From Octopus vulgaris (lineage: Eukaryota): 64,000 nt of DNA. Below, piece after piece: positions 52,750 to 64,000 of the stretch. The notes beneath the pieces were generated by a model. It was not told where the DNA came from. It did not search any database and saw nothing but the letters and a program-made list of their open reading frames with translations. The stretch covers positions 55,428,001 to 55,492,000 of the forward strand of contig OX597816.1 in assembly GCA_951406725.2 (NCBI GenBank), written 5' to 3'. Each line of letters opens with the position of its first letter. Position 1 is the first letter of the stretch. The position numbers and the translations under genes are program-made.

Positions 52750-52975
52750 CATACATGATGGTTTTCTACTCCTTACGCAGAGTTTGACCACCTCTTGACC
52801 TTACACCCTTCATGGCGTCTGATGTTGTTTTTTAAACCAGACAATGTATTGAAAAGACACCCACAAAGATTGCATATCCGATTTGGACCACTAAGAGCTG
52901 CAGTTAAGTTCTCATCTTTGTGGACCTTAAACTTTCTTTTGGGGCTTCCGGTAGATTTGCTCTTTTTTCCTGACT
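52750..52975 (-). mobile_element. RTE-type LINE 3' end with terminal C2H2-like finger
   Basis: Minus strand ICNLCGCLFNTLSGLKNNIRRH followed by a short tail running into (TATG)n. Confidence 0.6.
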
Positions 52976-53179
52976 ATTAATTCCCATTTATACCAATGAT
53001 CATAGGTGCATCAGGCTCTGTACCAACAAATATACACTAAAACCCTGATTAGGTATTTTGAAGAAAATACAAAGGAAAGTGTCACAAATTCTCCAGATTC
53101 AATCTATTAGGAGCATAATTGAGAGTTGTAAGAAATTCCAAAGATTGCCCGTCTGAGATTCTTCAGGTGAACAGATACA

Positions 53180-53840
53180 CACAGTTCAACTAACATCTCA
53201 ACTCAACCACATATATATAAATATCGGGTACCTTCTTAACTAAAAAATGTTGTCGGTTTTTTAGCAATCTCCTTGCATTATCTTCAGAAGAACTTAAAAT
53301 AAAAGTCCAAGAAAAATCTGCATACTCATATTCGACCTTTGGTGATGATATCATGAGCAAAATGAAGATCAAGGAGTCATACATTCCCCTCAAACATGAC
53401 ATCACGTCCATGAAGAGTGAGACACGCTCAGGCAGGTCATCCACAATTTGAGACGAGGAGCCGATTCGAGGGGTTCGTTGAATAATCATAGAAGACCGTG
53501 ATGTAACAATCCAGAAGATTGCTCACTTAGTGGAAATAAGCACAGGACTCTCTGCATTCCATTTTAACGGAGGATTTGTGCATGCGGAGTGCTGGCGAAA
53601 ACCGTCTCTAGGGTGTTGGCTGAGTGACAGGAGCAACTCCGTATGGAAACCACTCAGGATACACTGGACTGTGCAAACCATGACCCAGACAGCATGGGTT
53701 TCTGGTCTCTGTTTGATACGTTCGATGCGCTTTCACATATGCACAGGAAGAGTGATGCCACCTTCTGCCCACATGATTTTGTCGAAGCAAAAGTTTGGGA
53801 GGCAAAAATACAGTCGGACTCTTTTTGAATACATATCGCA
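53180..53840 (+). mobile_element. Internally deleted mariner remnant
   Basis: SETRSGRSST, IIEDRDVTIQKIAHLVEISTG (mariner HTH region); 3' end GTCGGACTCTTTTTGAATACATATCG. Confidence 0.65.
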
Positions 53841-53903
53841 TATATTGATGTATATTTATATATTTATATATGTATACGTATATGAAATCTATATATTTGT
53901 ATA

Positions 53904-54139
53904 TAGTAATCCCTCGCCACATCGTGTTTCACCTATCGCACACTCAGTATATCGCGTTTCAACTATCGTGCATTCAGAATATCGCGGATTTCTCTGGCTA
54001 ATATAAGTAAATTTACATTCCGGACTTCTCATTATATCACGGGTTTCTGCGGCCAATAGGTATTTATATTGTTTTAGATTTTAATCATTTCTGTGAGAGG
54101 GTTTGGAACGTAACACCCGTGATAATCGAGGGATTACTG
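53904..54139. mobile_element. pogo/Tigger-type MITE
   Basis: TIRs TAGTAATCCCTCG (53904) and CGAGGGATTACTG (ends 54139), with internal TATCGCG repeats. Confidence 0.75.
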
Positions 54140-54765
54140 CATACGTAGGTGCGTGTATACATGTGTATATGCTTTGAAGGAGCATACATATATTCTACTC
54201 CACTACTATACTCGTTTGATGCCCTGAAAGTTACAAATGTTTTCTAAGAAAGGATATCGCTGGCATAAAACATGACAGATATTACACTTTACGTTTCATT
54301 TCATCATAACATTCTAGCTGTCCGCCATGTTTGAGTGTTTGTTTCTGTCTCAAAGGCGTGCATTATGCATATTTGTAACTTTCCATAAATTCCCTTTAGA
54401 TTTAGTTTGTTTGATCTACGCATTATTTTCTTTAATAGCTCAAAATATGTAAATTATTCAGAAACGTTCGAACACAGCATGGCTTATCAAATTTTAATTT
54501 CAAAAGTTAATTCACTAACAACAATTAATGCCTAATACTAGCGCGCGCGTGCCTGTGTGTATATACATGCGTGCATGTTTAATAGCATGGAGATGCGTGA
54601 GATAATTACAGAATAATTAAAATTTACCACTTTTATTAAAATTTACCTTCAATTTAGCATTCTGCCTTTTTATCATTTTTCCTCGCCTATATAGGTATAT
54701 ATATATATGCATGTATGTATGTGCGTATGTATGTATGTGCGTATGCATGTATGTATGTATGTATG

Positions 54766-54796
<31 letters not shown>

Positions 54797-54922
54797 TAGT
54801 CACTCATTATTTTCGGGGTAGTAAAGCTGGTAACATATAATATGCTTTCAATGGGTGTTTTCGGAGCTCTATGTTTAAGACATAATGCTATGGCCCTCTA
54901 ACCCTGATGGATGATAGTTAGC

Positions 54923-54982
<60 letters not shown>

Positions 54983-54990
54983 CATACACG

Positions 54991-55061
<71 letters not shown>

Positions 55062-55084
55062 GTATATATATATATATATACATA

Positions 55085-55625
55085 TAAAATGAGTATGATT
55101 CAGATGAATTAGATGCTTAAATGTAGGTACCTAGCCGGTTTGATATAGCCCGCGTAGCTAGAAGAACAATTAAGTAACGAGGATGTCCAGGTATTAATGC
55201 ATTACGGCCGTTTCAGGTGGCTCCATTTAATTGATCAGTGAAAACATTACATCAATTTGAAATACACCACTCTCCTCAGAGGCAGACAAACTTATAGATT
55301 TCCAACATAAAGGATAAAACCTTTTTTAGCACAATTTCCATCAGTAATAGAAAATAAAGCGCTTAACATTGGTTTTCTTTGATATGTTTGTGGAAAAATG
55401 AATTTATGGGAAAAAATCTAAAACCTATTGTAATTTATAGAGCTTTAGAGGGAAATAGTAGGGGCCAAGAAAAAAGAAGTTGGGAATAGTTTATTTTTAA
55501 CTTTGTTTTATTTATAAGATTTTATGCTACAACCCTTTAGAGTTAAATTTGTTGGGAGTCGACAGTTAAGTTCCAGTTGATGAGGGAAATTAATTAATGT
55601 CGATGCAATGCGGTATATTTGCTAT
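55085..55625 (-). mobile_element. Penelope-like 3' remnant with type I HHR motif (55198-55284)
   Basis: Minus strand TGCCT-CTGAGGA-GAGTGG...CCACCT-GAAAC-GGCC-GTA-ATGCA, downstream of a weak IYRI-type GIY-YIG remnant; ends at (TA)n. Confidence 0.55.
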
Positions 55626-56375
55626 CTATCTTTTTATCGGCGATTGTCATTGGAATACGGCTAAAATGGTCATCACACTGAAAGTTTCAGTTTTTATATA
55701 TACTCCCGGTATTTTATCAAGCGTTATTATATCGATATGTTAAAGGCTGCCGGCAGAGTTGACCTTTGCGTGACAGAGATGGAACTAAATGTGAGAGTGC
55801 GACTTTTTTTGCACATGTATAACGCACAACATTGTCTTAAATTTCGCTGGTATGTTTATTCTCGTGCCTATATGCGAAATATGTGTACGAAATGCGAAGT
55901 ATGTGTACCAACGAACACACATGTGTAGGTGTGAGTTGCAGAGAGATATCTAAAATTGTTGAAAAACGAAACAGAAACATGAAAATCTTTCTGTTACAAA
56001 TTAGTTGAAATTTTACTCATTAAATTCCGTTTCCCTTCACAATTTTATTGAAACATATTTTCCTTCTGGCAACGAACTTCATGGCAATTTCTTTAATTTT
56101 CCTATTTTGTATTTAACCTGCAGCATAATACATCTTTCATAAGAAGATGAGACGAGAAGCTGAGTGAAGCCTGACCAGGCTATAAATAGAAACGTAATAC
56201 AGGCTAATAAAGTCAGATGAAACATTCGAATTCGGAAGTAAATTTAATTAGAAATCTACACTTCTTACTCAAAAATCCGAAACGTTTGAAGTATACACCA
56301 AACCATAGTGGCACCTGCGAACATACATACGTACTGGTATATACATACTTACAGGTATACATTCTTACTTGTAGG

Positions 56376-56456
<81 letters not shown>

Positions 56457-56567
56457 GTGCGTGTACGGGTTTGAGCATTCGCATAACTTGGTAAAAAAAG
56501 GTTAATTGCTTCACATGTTTCCCTCCGTTGAGACTTCTTGAAACATTAAAGAAATCGTTTTATTCTC

Positions 56568-56603
<36 letters not shown>

Positions 56604-56614
56604 TTATCTATCTA

Positions 56615-56665
<51 letters not shown>

Positions 56666-57334
56666 TATATATACTAAGGTAATAAAAGAAAATGACACCA
56701 AAAGAAGAAAAGTACGAAAAAAGTACGAAAAAAAAAGGAAAGACCGGAATGACAATTTTGCTTCATTAAACGATGATAATTAGTCCTGTTGCCTTATCAA
56801 ACTAAAAATTCGTTGATTTTGTTTACTTTGTTGATATTTCAACGTGGTTGTCTTTTTTTTCTATTGATTGTAAATTATCATGAATTTCTTTGTAAGATAT
56901 TAAAATGTTAAAAGTGGTGTTAAATACGATATTAAAATGGCATAAAGTTGACTTAAAGGAAATGTGAAATGGTTATTGTTATATGATGGCCTTGGGATAA
57001 TGTAATTAAATAAATTGAAAGCATGAAGCAATATTAGATCGGAATTTATAGCCAATTACAGAGCAAGTACGTACATCTTCCATTCATATCCCGTTCCCGT
57101 ATTGACACTGAAACACAGCATTCTGCTTCCATTAACCTTTACACTGCTTACACATATTGAAATACGTTTCCTTGTTTACTTACCTTTATGTAAAATCATG
57201 CTAAAATATCGGTCGGGTTACTTCTACTATGATGTAAATCTCTACTCGTAAAAATTTATACATTTGACTGGATCCGAGGTAATATAGCGTGAAGTACAAT
57301 GAATTGGTTTTGGTCTTGGTTTTCCCTGCTTGTT

Positions 57335-58265
57335 ATACTGTTGGGGCAAAACATTTGTATGAATATACTGTTGCATGCACTCATGCTGAACTGTTCATTG
57401 CATTTGCTCAATAAATGATGCAGATGAAAATAGGTTCAAATATTCCAATGGTACTTTATTTACAATAATCTTTCTTACATCAACAGAACACAGTTCCCTT
57501 ACAGAGCTTCAATTTAATCTTGTGGAATGCGTGTTTAGTTTCCAAGAAATATAAGCCATTATTCTTGCATTTATTCTTAAAGAAATTTTGTTTGGGGGAT
57601 ATAATGGTCTTGGAAATGAGTCCTGGATATATATTCAACAAACACTGTTTCATTTCAAATTGCTATATTGCATCTGCTCTAAGAATTTTCTGCAATCAAC
57701 AAGACAACACCCTTCCATAAAGTGGAAGCCACCATTTTGGAGGATCGCCACATAACTATTCGGCAACTAGCCCAATATGTGAAGATAAGTGTAGAGACCG
57801 TGGGAAAAAATCACTCACGACCATTTTCATATACGGAAGTTATCTGCACGTTCGGATTCCCCCGATGCTCACACATTTTCAGAAGCAGGAACAAGTCAAT
57901 TGCTCCCAGCAACGGCACTACTGGCAATGTGCCAGGAAAACGGGGAGGGCTTCTTTCGGCAGTCCATCACTATGATCCTGAGACTAAAGTCCAGTAAAAG
58001 CAATGGAAACATGATAACACACCATATCCAAAGACGTCTTATGTCTAGCCCTCACCAGGCAAGGTGATGCTCACAGTCTTTTGGGACCAGCGTGGAGTAT
58101 TGATGATGGATTTTCTGGCAAAGGGCATCACAATTAACGGGGCATATTATATATCTTTGCTGCAGGAATTTCGGGACGCCATCAAAGCGTGGCATGCTGA
58201 CCAAAGGAGTCCGCCTCCTCCAAGACAACAACCCACTTTACAATGGCTTTTAAACTCCAAAAGTC
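57335..58265 (+). mobile_element. Decayed mariner transposon
   Basis: VEATILEDRHITIRQLA, VHHYDPETKVQ, KVMLTVFWDQRGVLMMDFLAKGITINGAYY and LLQDNNP. Confidence 0.85.
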
Positions 58266-58679
58266 TTTCATAACAGAATAAAGAATTATAAGTACAACTG
58301 AAATCATGGAAACAAAATGAAACATGTTTTCTTTTTAATTGCAGGAAGTTAATGTCTTGAATAGAAAGTATCAATTTTTCTCGTTAGCAGAATCAATAAG
58401 ATTTTGGATAATGGAAATATACGAAAGAGACAAAGCGTCTGGTCCTACTTGAAAAATTAGTCAACATGGTCACCTGTAAATTATTATTTAATACACACAC
58501 ATACACACACACACACAGGTACGCCCATGTATATACATAGACATACATATACATATATACATATACATACACACATACATACATACACACACACACGTAT
58601 ATATAAAGAGAGAGAGATAGAGATAAATGTCTCTCTATATATATAAATACATATATTTTTCTTGCTCCAGTATGCTTTA

Positions 58680-58974
58680 TCATCAGAGGACTGTTACAAC
58701 GTAGTAACAGAACTAAAGTTACCTTCATGAGAGAACGCGTGGTATGCAATCAAGCCTATTGTATAGCACTCACCGAAACGCACTTAAAAGACGATGATGT
58801 ACATGCAGAAATACACATACCAAAGCATGTGGTATTGTGAAACGATAGAAAAGACAGAAGCCATGGTGGAGTTGCAATGGATATCCGTGAAGACCTGACG
58901 CCTCCGATGTTTTTATCACTCTCAAACTCGGTATGTGATACATTAATTGCACATATAAGACAGCTTGACATGGC

Positions 58975-59021
<47 letters not shown>

Positions 59022-60415
59022 CTTATCTCGAACCAGATTCGAAGACTGCCTTGCAAGAATAGAAATTTTAACCAAACCAAACTAGAACAGCACATAAGTG
59101 TACTCCTCATGGGGGACTTCAAACCGCCCGACGTGGAATGGCCTGAGGTCTTTTCCTCTCAAGAATTTCGCGATGTGAGCAAAGACAGGTGAAATACCTG
59201 TTCAACCTCACCAACAAGTTTTATACATCGAGCAAGGAATACTCCAATCATGCAGGACGAAGCAATATACATTTATAATGTAGCAGTGACACAGACGCTA
59301 CTCTCGGATCACAACATAACAAAGCTGACTATGTATGAACCATAGAAATTTGCAGGCATGCAGCCTACGATTTATCCGATCTGAACTAGATTCATCTCAT
59401 CTGAACTACTACAAAACTAACTGGAAATCAATACAGAAAGAGATCATTAAACATGATTGGCCTCAATGTCCTTTTACACTTCACACGGACAAACGATTTA
59501 ACGAATTCATGTCCACTATGCAAGGCACATGCTATTGTGATTTCTTAGAGAGAAAAAAAAAAAAAAACAAGATTTCTAGAAGGAAAAAAGTTCTTATGAT
59601 ATAGCGTACAAAGAATGCAAACCACCTCAACAGAGAACTCAATTGCAGGGAAAAATCCCGATAGGAAACAGCAGTACTGGTGACTGGGAAACAGTTGAAA
59701 CACTCCCATGAAAACGAAAAAGTATGACAAAGAATCCCGTGTTATAGAAAATATATAATCAAACTTTAAAGCTGAAGTATGCCAAAGAAATTGGCTCTCT
59801 GCGCGTTGAAAGGTAGGGTCACTTCTCCAAAAAGATGGTTCTCTCATGGAAAACCAAATGAGGATAAGTGAAACACTGAACGAACAATTCAAATGCGTCT
59901 TCAACCCAGTTTTACGGCACATGCAAGTTAGCAAACCTGTAGAATTCGTTGCCACAACAGATGTAGAAATGGAATAACAATTGATTCCATGAACATCAAA
60001 GAAGAGAATGGCAATAAATGATATAGAGGCAAACTCAGCTGCTGGTCCTGATAGATTCCCATCAATCTTCCTCAAGACATGCAAACGAGTTCTTACAAAG
60101 CTATTGCAGCTTCTTTTTCAGAGTTTCCTTACAAATGTTAAGTTCCCGGACAAAAATGAAGAAGGAAAAAATATGCAGATGCTAAAGACTATAGGCCCAT
60201 CTCTCTGACCTCACACATTGGCAAAGTCATGGAACGAATAGTCCGAAGGAAGCTAGTTGCATTCTTTGAGGAGAATACCTTACTGACTGACATCCAGCAG
60301 GGTTTAGACTAAGTAAAACCTGCTTGACACAACGCTTGCAGCATTACGGCAGGATGTTAAAGCAGTTGCTAGCAACTCACATGTAGGCGTGATATATTTC
60401 GACTTTGTAAAAGTA
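58680..60415 (+). mobile_element. Decayed CR1-like LINE ORF2 (APE plus RT N-terminal half)
   Basis: IALTETHL, DRKDRSHGGVA, LLMGDFKPPDVEW, SDHN, SAAGPDRFPSIFLK, YRPISLTSHIGKVMERIV, QQGFR and VIYFDFVK. Confidence 0.9.
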
Positions 60416-60521
60416 GGCTCGAAACATAAAAGACATCTTCATAATCCCGAGTATCAAACTAATACACTTGCCTGTTCATCATACACCTATGTTTGTTCTT
60501 TGTTTTTCCAACAATTGCACC

Positions 60522-60580
<59 letters not shown>

Positions 60581-60586
<6 letters not shown>

Positions 60587-60825
60587 GGTTTGTTGCCAGG
60601 ATAATGTGGCAGTCTCGGGAAATGGAAGAATGTTACTGTTATTCAGCCCCAAGGAACTGCGTTTTGATTTGACTACGCGACACAAGCGTTCTGTGTCCTT
60701 AACCTTTCAAACAGGGGAGATAAACACCTCCACCTAACAAAGCCAACAAATAGAGGCTAGTTTCGTTATCAGTCGGGAGTAGCCTGGTTTTGCTAAATGT
60801 CACTGCTAATCCGCTGTAATATTTC
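60581..60825 (+). repeat. Interspersed repeat related to 33050-33400
   Basis: Shared motif order with the inverse complement of 33050-33400; stem AGGCTA.TT.CG/CGGGAGTAGCCT; begins at (TA)n. Confidence 0.5.
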
Positions 60826-60952
60826 TATTTTTGTAGATATTTACACACACACACACACATATGTAAAAGAAGAAGCAGGGATATTTATATACATAAATAT
60901 ACATACATATATATATACATACATACATACATACATACATACATACATACAT

Positions 60953-60990
<38 letters not shown>

Positions 60991-61004
60991 TGACAGACAG
61001 ACAT

Positions 61005-61272
61005 ATATTGGCCCCTCTCTTATTAACATTACACCAAAACACATTAAAACAGAAACATGCCACATAGTTTTCAAGACGTTTTTCTACAAATTCCTTCAAA
61101 AATTCCCGGGTATACCTCCAACACACAGATATATCTCCATAAACAATAACTCTCTCATCGAGTGTGCCATATCCGATTCCTGCTTTGAATGACTTCGCCA
61201 GGTGGTGCCATTAAGTTAGACATGGCCTGGGCCAATACTGGCCGAAACCTATCAAAGTATCAAAGTATCGAA

Positions 61273-61274
<2 letters not shown>
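61005..61274 (+). mobile_element. CR1-like LINE 3' end
   Basis: IGPSLINITPKHIK...VFKTFFYKFLQKFPGIP...NNNSL (GP.LFN.LP...FK..LDKFL..PD.P..NSL), a short UTR and an (ATCAAAGT)n tail. Confidence 0.8.
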
Positions 61275-61319
<45 letters not shown>

Positions 61320-61464
61320 ATAGGAGGTATTGGTATCCAGAAGACACAAGACGGCAGGTAAGGCCATGAAACTGCTACGGAAGGACAGAAATAATATGAG
61401 TGATGAGTCTAATGCGGGTCATGTGTATGTTAAATAAAATGAGATAACAGAGTCAACACTGTGT

Positions 61465-61650
61465 AGAATTATTAGGACATTTATAAAGAGAAGGGTAGTT
61501 TTACAACTCCTTTTCCAAAATAACTTCTCATACTGAACTCTATTATTCCCCTCTATTTAACTTTCTCACATCGTCTCTGATCAAGGAATATCCCTATTAT
61601 CCCAGAAAAAGCTGTAAGACTACTTTTCTCTATGTAAATGTCCCAATTTG
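61465..61650 (+). mobile_element. Inverted pLTR-like remnant with degenerate HHR
   Basis: GGACATTTATAAAGAGAAGGGTAGTTTTACAACT is inverted relative to AGCTGTAAGACTACTTTTCTCTATGTAAATGTCC. Motif GTCT-CTGATCA...CAGAAA-AAGCT-GTA-AGAC. Confidence 0.5.
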
Positions 61651-61974
61651 TACATTATATTTATATTTATGTGACATTAGTATATGTTCATCAAATTTAA
61701 AAAGATGTACCTTTGGATGTTATATGTAGGCTTATCAATTTATTTTAGCAAACTCTCCTAAAATGAATTGGTAAGTCCACATATAACATCCACTTGTACA
61801 TTTTTTCTTTTTTTGTCATGAAAATATACACATAACACATAAATGTAAATTTAATGTACAAATTTGTAATTTAATTATAGAGTATTAATTGAAACCGCTG
61901 TAAGAAGGAAAGACGACCAATTTGTTGTGAATAAACAATGAACTTCCTAACCTCCATTTTCTTTTCTTCTCTTA

Positions 61975-62110
61975 ACAAGTGCGGCGTCCTGTACTGGTCA
62001 GTGCTACTTACGTTTATAGCACTGTCCAGTATAGGACGCCACACCTGGCTGGTAATTATATGTTACGATTCCGTATTACTGCTGTTTATATCTCGCTCAG
62101 AGATTTAATA
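61975..62110 (+). repeat. Solo hairpin plus terminal motif related to the 41445-43458 element
   Basis: 28-bp imperfect stem 61979-62006/62017-62044, then CTGCTGTTTATATCTCGCTCAGAGATTTA, the inverse complement of 43203-43231. Confidence 0.7.
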
Positions 62111-62127
62111 CAGTATATATATATATA

Positions 62128-62295
62128 TTTCTCTCCTTGATTCTCTCCTTGTTTTTTTTTTCTGTGTCTCTTTCTGTAGAAGAGCGTAGGCTCGAAACGT
62201 AAAATACTTTTTCTATTCCTGAGCGTTATATTAATGCATCTGTTTGTTTTGTGCATCACATGTCTTCGTCTATTGTTTGTTTCGTAAATTCTCCC
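62128..62295 (+). mobile_element. Short non-autonomous cassette with minimal HHR-like motif, copy 2
   Basis: CTTTCTGTAGAAGAGCGTAGGCTCGAAACGTAAAA is identical to copy 1; flanked by (TA)n. Confidence 0.7.
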
Positions 62296-63480
62296 TATAT
62301 ATATATATATATATAAACATATTTATATGCGTGCACACAGACACACATAATGACACATGTTAGTTGAAGGTTATCATCGTTTATATGGACAATTTATAAA
62401 CAGTTACAGCAATTTTATGCCTCCGACGTAAACCCGAACATATAATATTCGGAAATCGCGAAATATCTGAAATAATAGAATTTAAAGTAAAACATGAGAA
62501 GCTTTTTTTAATAATTCATTAAAATATTGTTGCTTCAATGAGCAGGTACAGAGCTATGATAGATAGCATTGCTAACGCTTTAACATTGTTCAAGAAATCC
62601 ATTTAATTACGCAATGTGTCGACTAAATTCCCAATTATCCAATTAGCAAGAAATCAATAGTATAAACTACTAAAATAATGAGTTAAATTAATTAAAACCA
62701 ACAACCCACTCCATATATATATATACACATATATACACACACGTATACACAGACACATGTATGTATGTGTGTGTGTGTGTGCGTGTGTGAATCTCTCACT
62801 AAATTGTGCGTTTCTTGTTGACTAACACGACTTCAGAGGTCAAAGCCATTTTACGACAATTATAAAAATGATGTTAAAAAGAAAAAGAAATAAAATTCAG
62901 GAAGAAGAAAACGAAATACATCAATTTTAACATGGCGACCTAATGTTTAACGGATATCATCTTAATAAAGGGGAGTCCGCTATCGATTGTTCTATAGGAT
63001 AAAAGTGAGGGAAACGAAGGGAGAGAACAGGAAGAGGGAGGCGAAACATAAAAGGATGAGGGGAGAGAGAAAGAAAACGAGGAAGAAATAAAGAAAAAAA
63101 AAAACGTGAGATCGTCTTTATATTTATTGAGGTCTGTTAAACTTAGCAAAATACGGAAACAGCCACGTGTTTATATATAAATATTCATAACCACGCGCAG
63201 ACACAGACACACACGCAATCACGTACGCACGCACACATACACACACACACACACACTTATTGAAATGTATGTCAAGTCATTCTTGCTTTATGCAAATTCT
63301 CCCTATGTATCATATATCCAGTATGACACGTTGCTTCTACAGTCTTCGTTGGAAGTGTTCGTTTATTGACGAAAGCATTTAAATGTATTTAAATGTATCA
63401 CTAAAATGGTGTGATCATTATAAACAGATTACCCAGCGATGTGATCACAGAAGTGCACACAAGCATATATTCATATACAT

Positions 63481-63869
63481 ATCTCTTTTACTCTTTTACA
63501 TGTTTCAGTCATTTGACTGTGGCCATGCTGGAGCACCGCCTTTAATCGAGCAAATCGACCCCGGGACTTACTCTTTGTAAGCCCAGTACTTATTCTATCG
63601 GTCTCTTTTGCCGAGCCGCTAAGTAACGGAGACGTAAACACACCAGCATCGGTTGTCAAGCAATGCTAGGGGGACAAACACAGACATACAAACACATATA
63701 CATATATACACATATATACGCCAGGCTTCTTTCAGTTTCCGTCTACCAAATTCACTCACAAGGCATTGGTCGGCCCGGGGCTATAGCAGAAGACACTTGG
63801 CCAAGATGCCACGCAGTGGGACTGAACCCGGACCCATGTGGCTGGTTAGCAAGCTACTTACCACATAGC
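63481..63869 (-). mobile_element. Family B SINE
   Basis: Inverse complement of the 4130 and 39880 copies. Confidence 0.9.
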
Positions 63870-64000
63870 GAGGATTCATGAGAATCTAGGCGCATCAAGA
63901 GGCAGGACATCAGAAATGGCCACGGAGGGTAACATAGACCCCACTGTGAAGCAAACAATATTGAACATATTATGTGCTGGTAGGATACGGTATATATGCA

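Noticed and set aside
61181-61262. TGCTTT-GAATGA...CTGGCCGAAACCTATC-AAAGTA as a hammerhead
   Set aside because: It lacks the CUGA core, overlaps the LINE ORF2 stop and runs into the (ATCAAAGT)n tail; better explained as an ordinary LINE 3' stem-loop.

Overview
AT-rich, microsatellite-dense animal genomic DNA, most consistent with a coleoid cephalopod (Octopus-like), judging from the abundant (TA)n/(TATC)n/(TATG)n/(CA)n tracts and the tRNA-derived SINE families. I cannot support any intact host protein-coding gene, true tRNA/rRNA gene or CRISPR array. Most ORFs in the six-frame track are microsatellite artefacts or decayed transposons. The window is a graveyard of nested mobile elements: at least four SINE families, RTE, CR1-like, L1/Tx1 and RLE-type (R4-like) LINE remnants, mariner and pogo-type DNA transposons, a Cys-rich TIR transposon, a decayed Helitron and several Penelope-like (GIY-YIG) remnants. 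The most interesting signals are: (1) a two-copy tRNA-headed SINE whose 3' part is a minimal hammerhead ribozyme (HHR) of Penelope type and whose 5' end is an inverted duplication; (2) a GIY-YIG-only mini-element bracketed by ~105-bp inverted repeats that each contain a variant HHR; (3) a ~2-kb RT-less element encoding only a gag/ORF1-like protein, with a ~210-nt terminal hairpin and direct plus inverted terminal repeats, and a probable solo relative; (4) several further small HHR-like cassettes, often at (TA)n tracts. All family assignments come from reading motifs by eye, not from database searches, and the boundaries of decayed elements are approximate.
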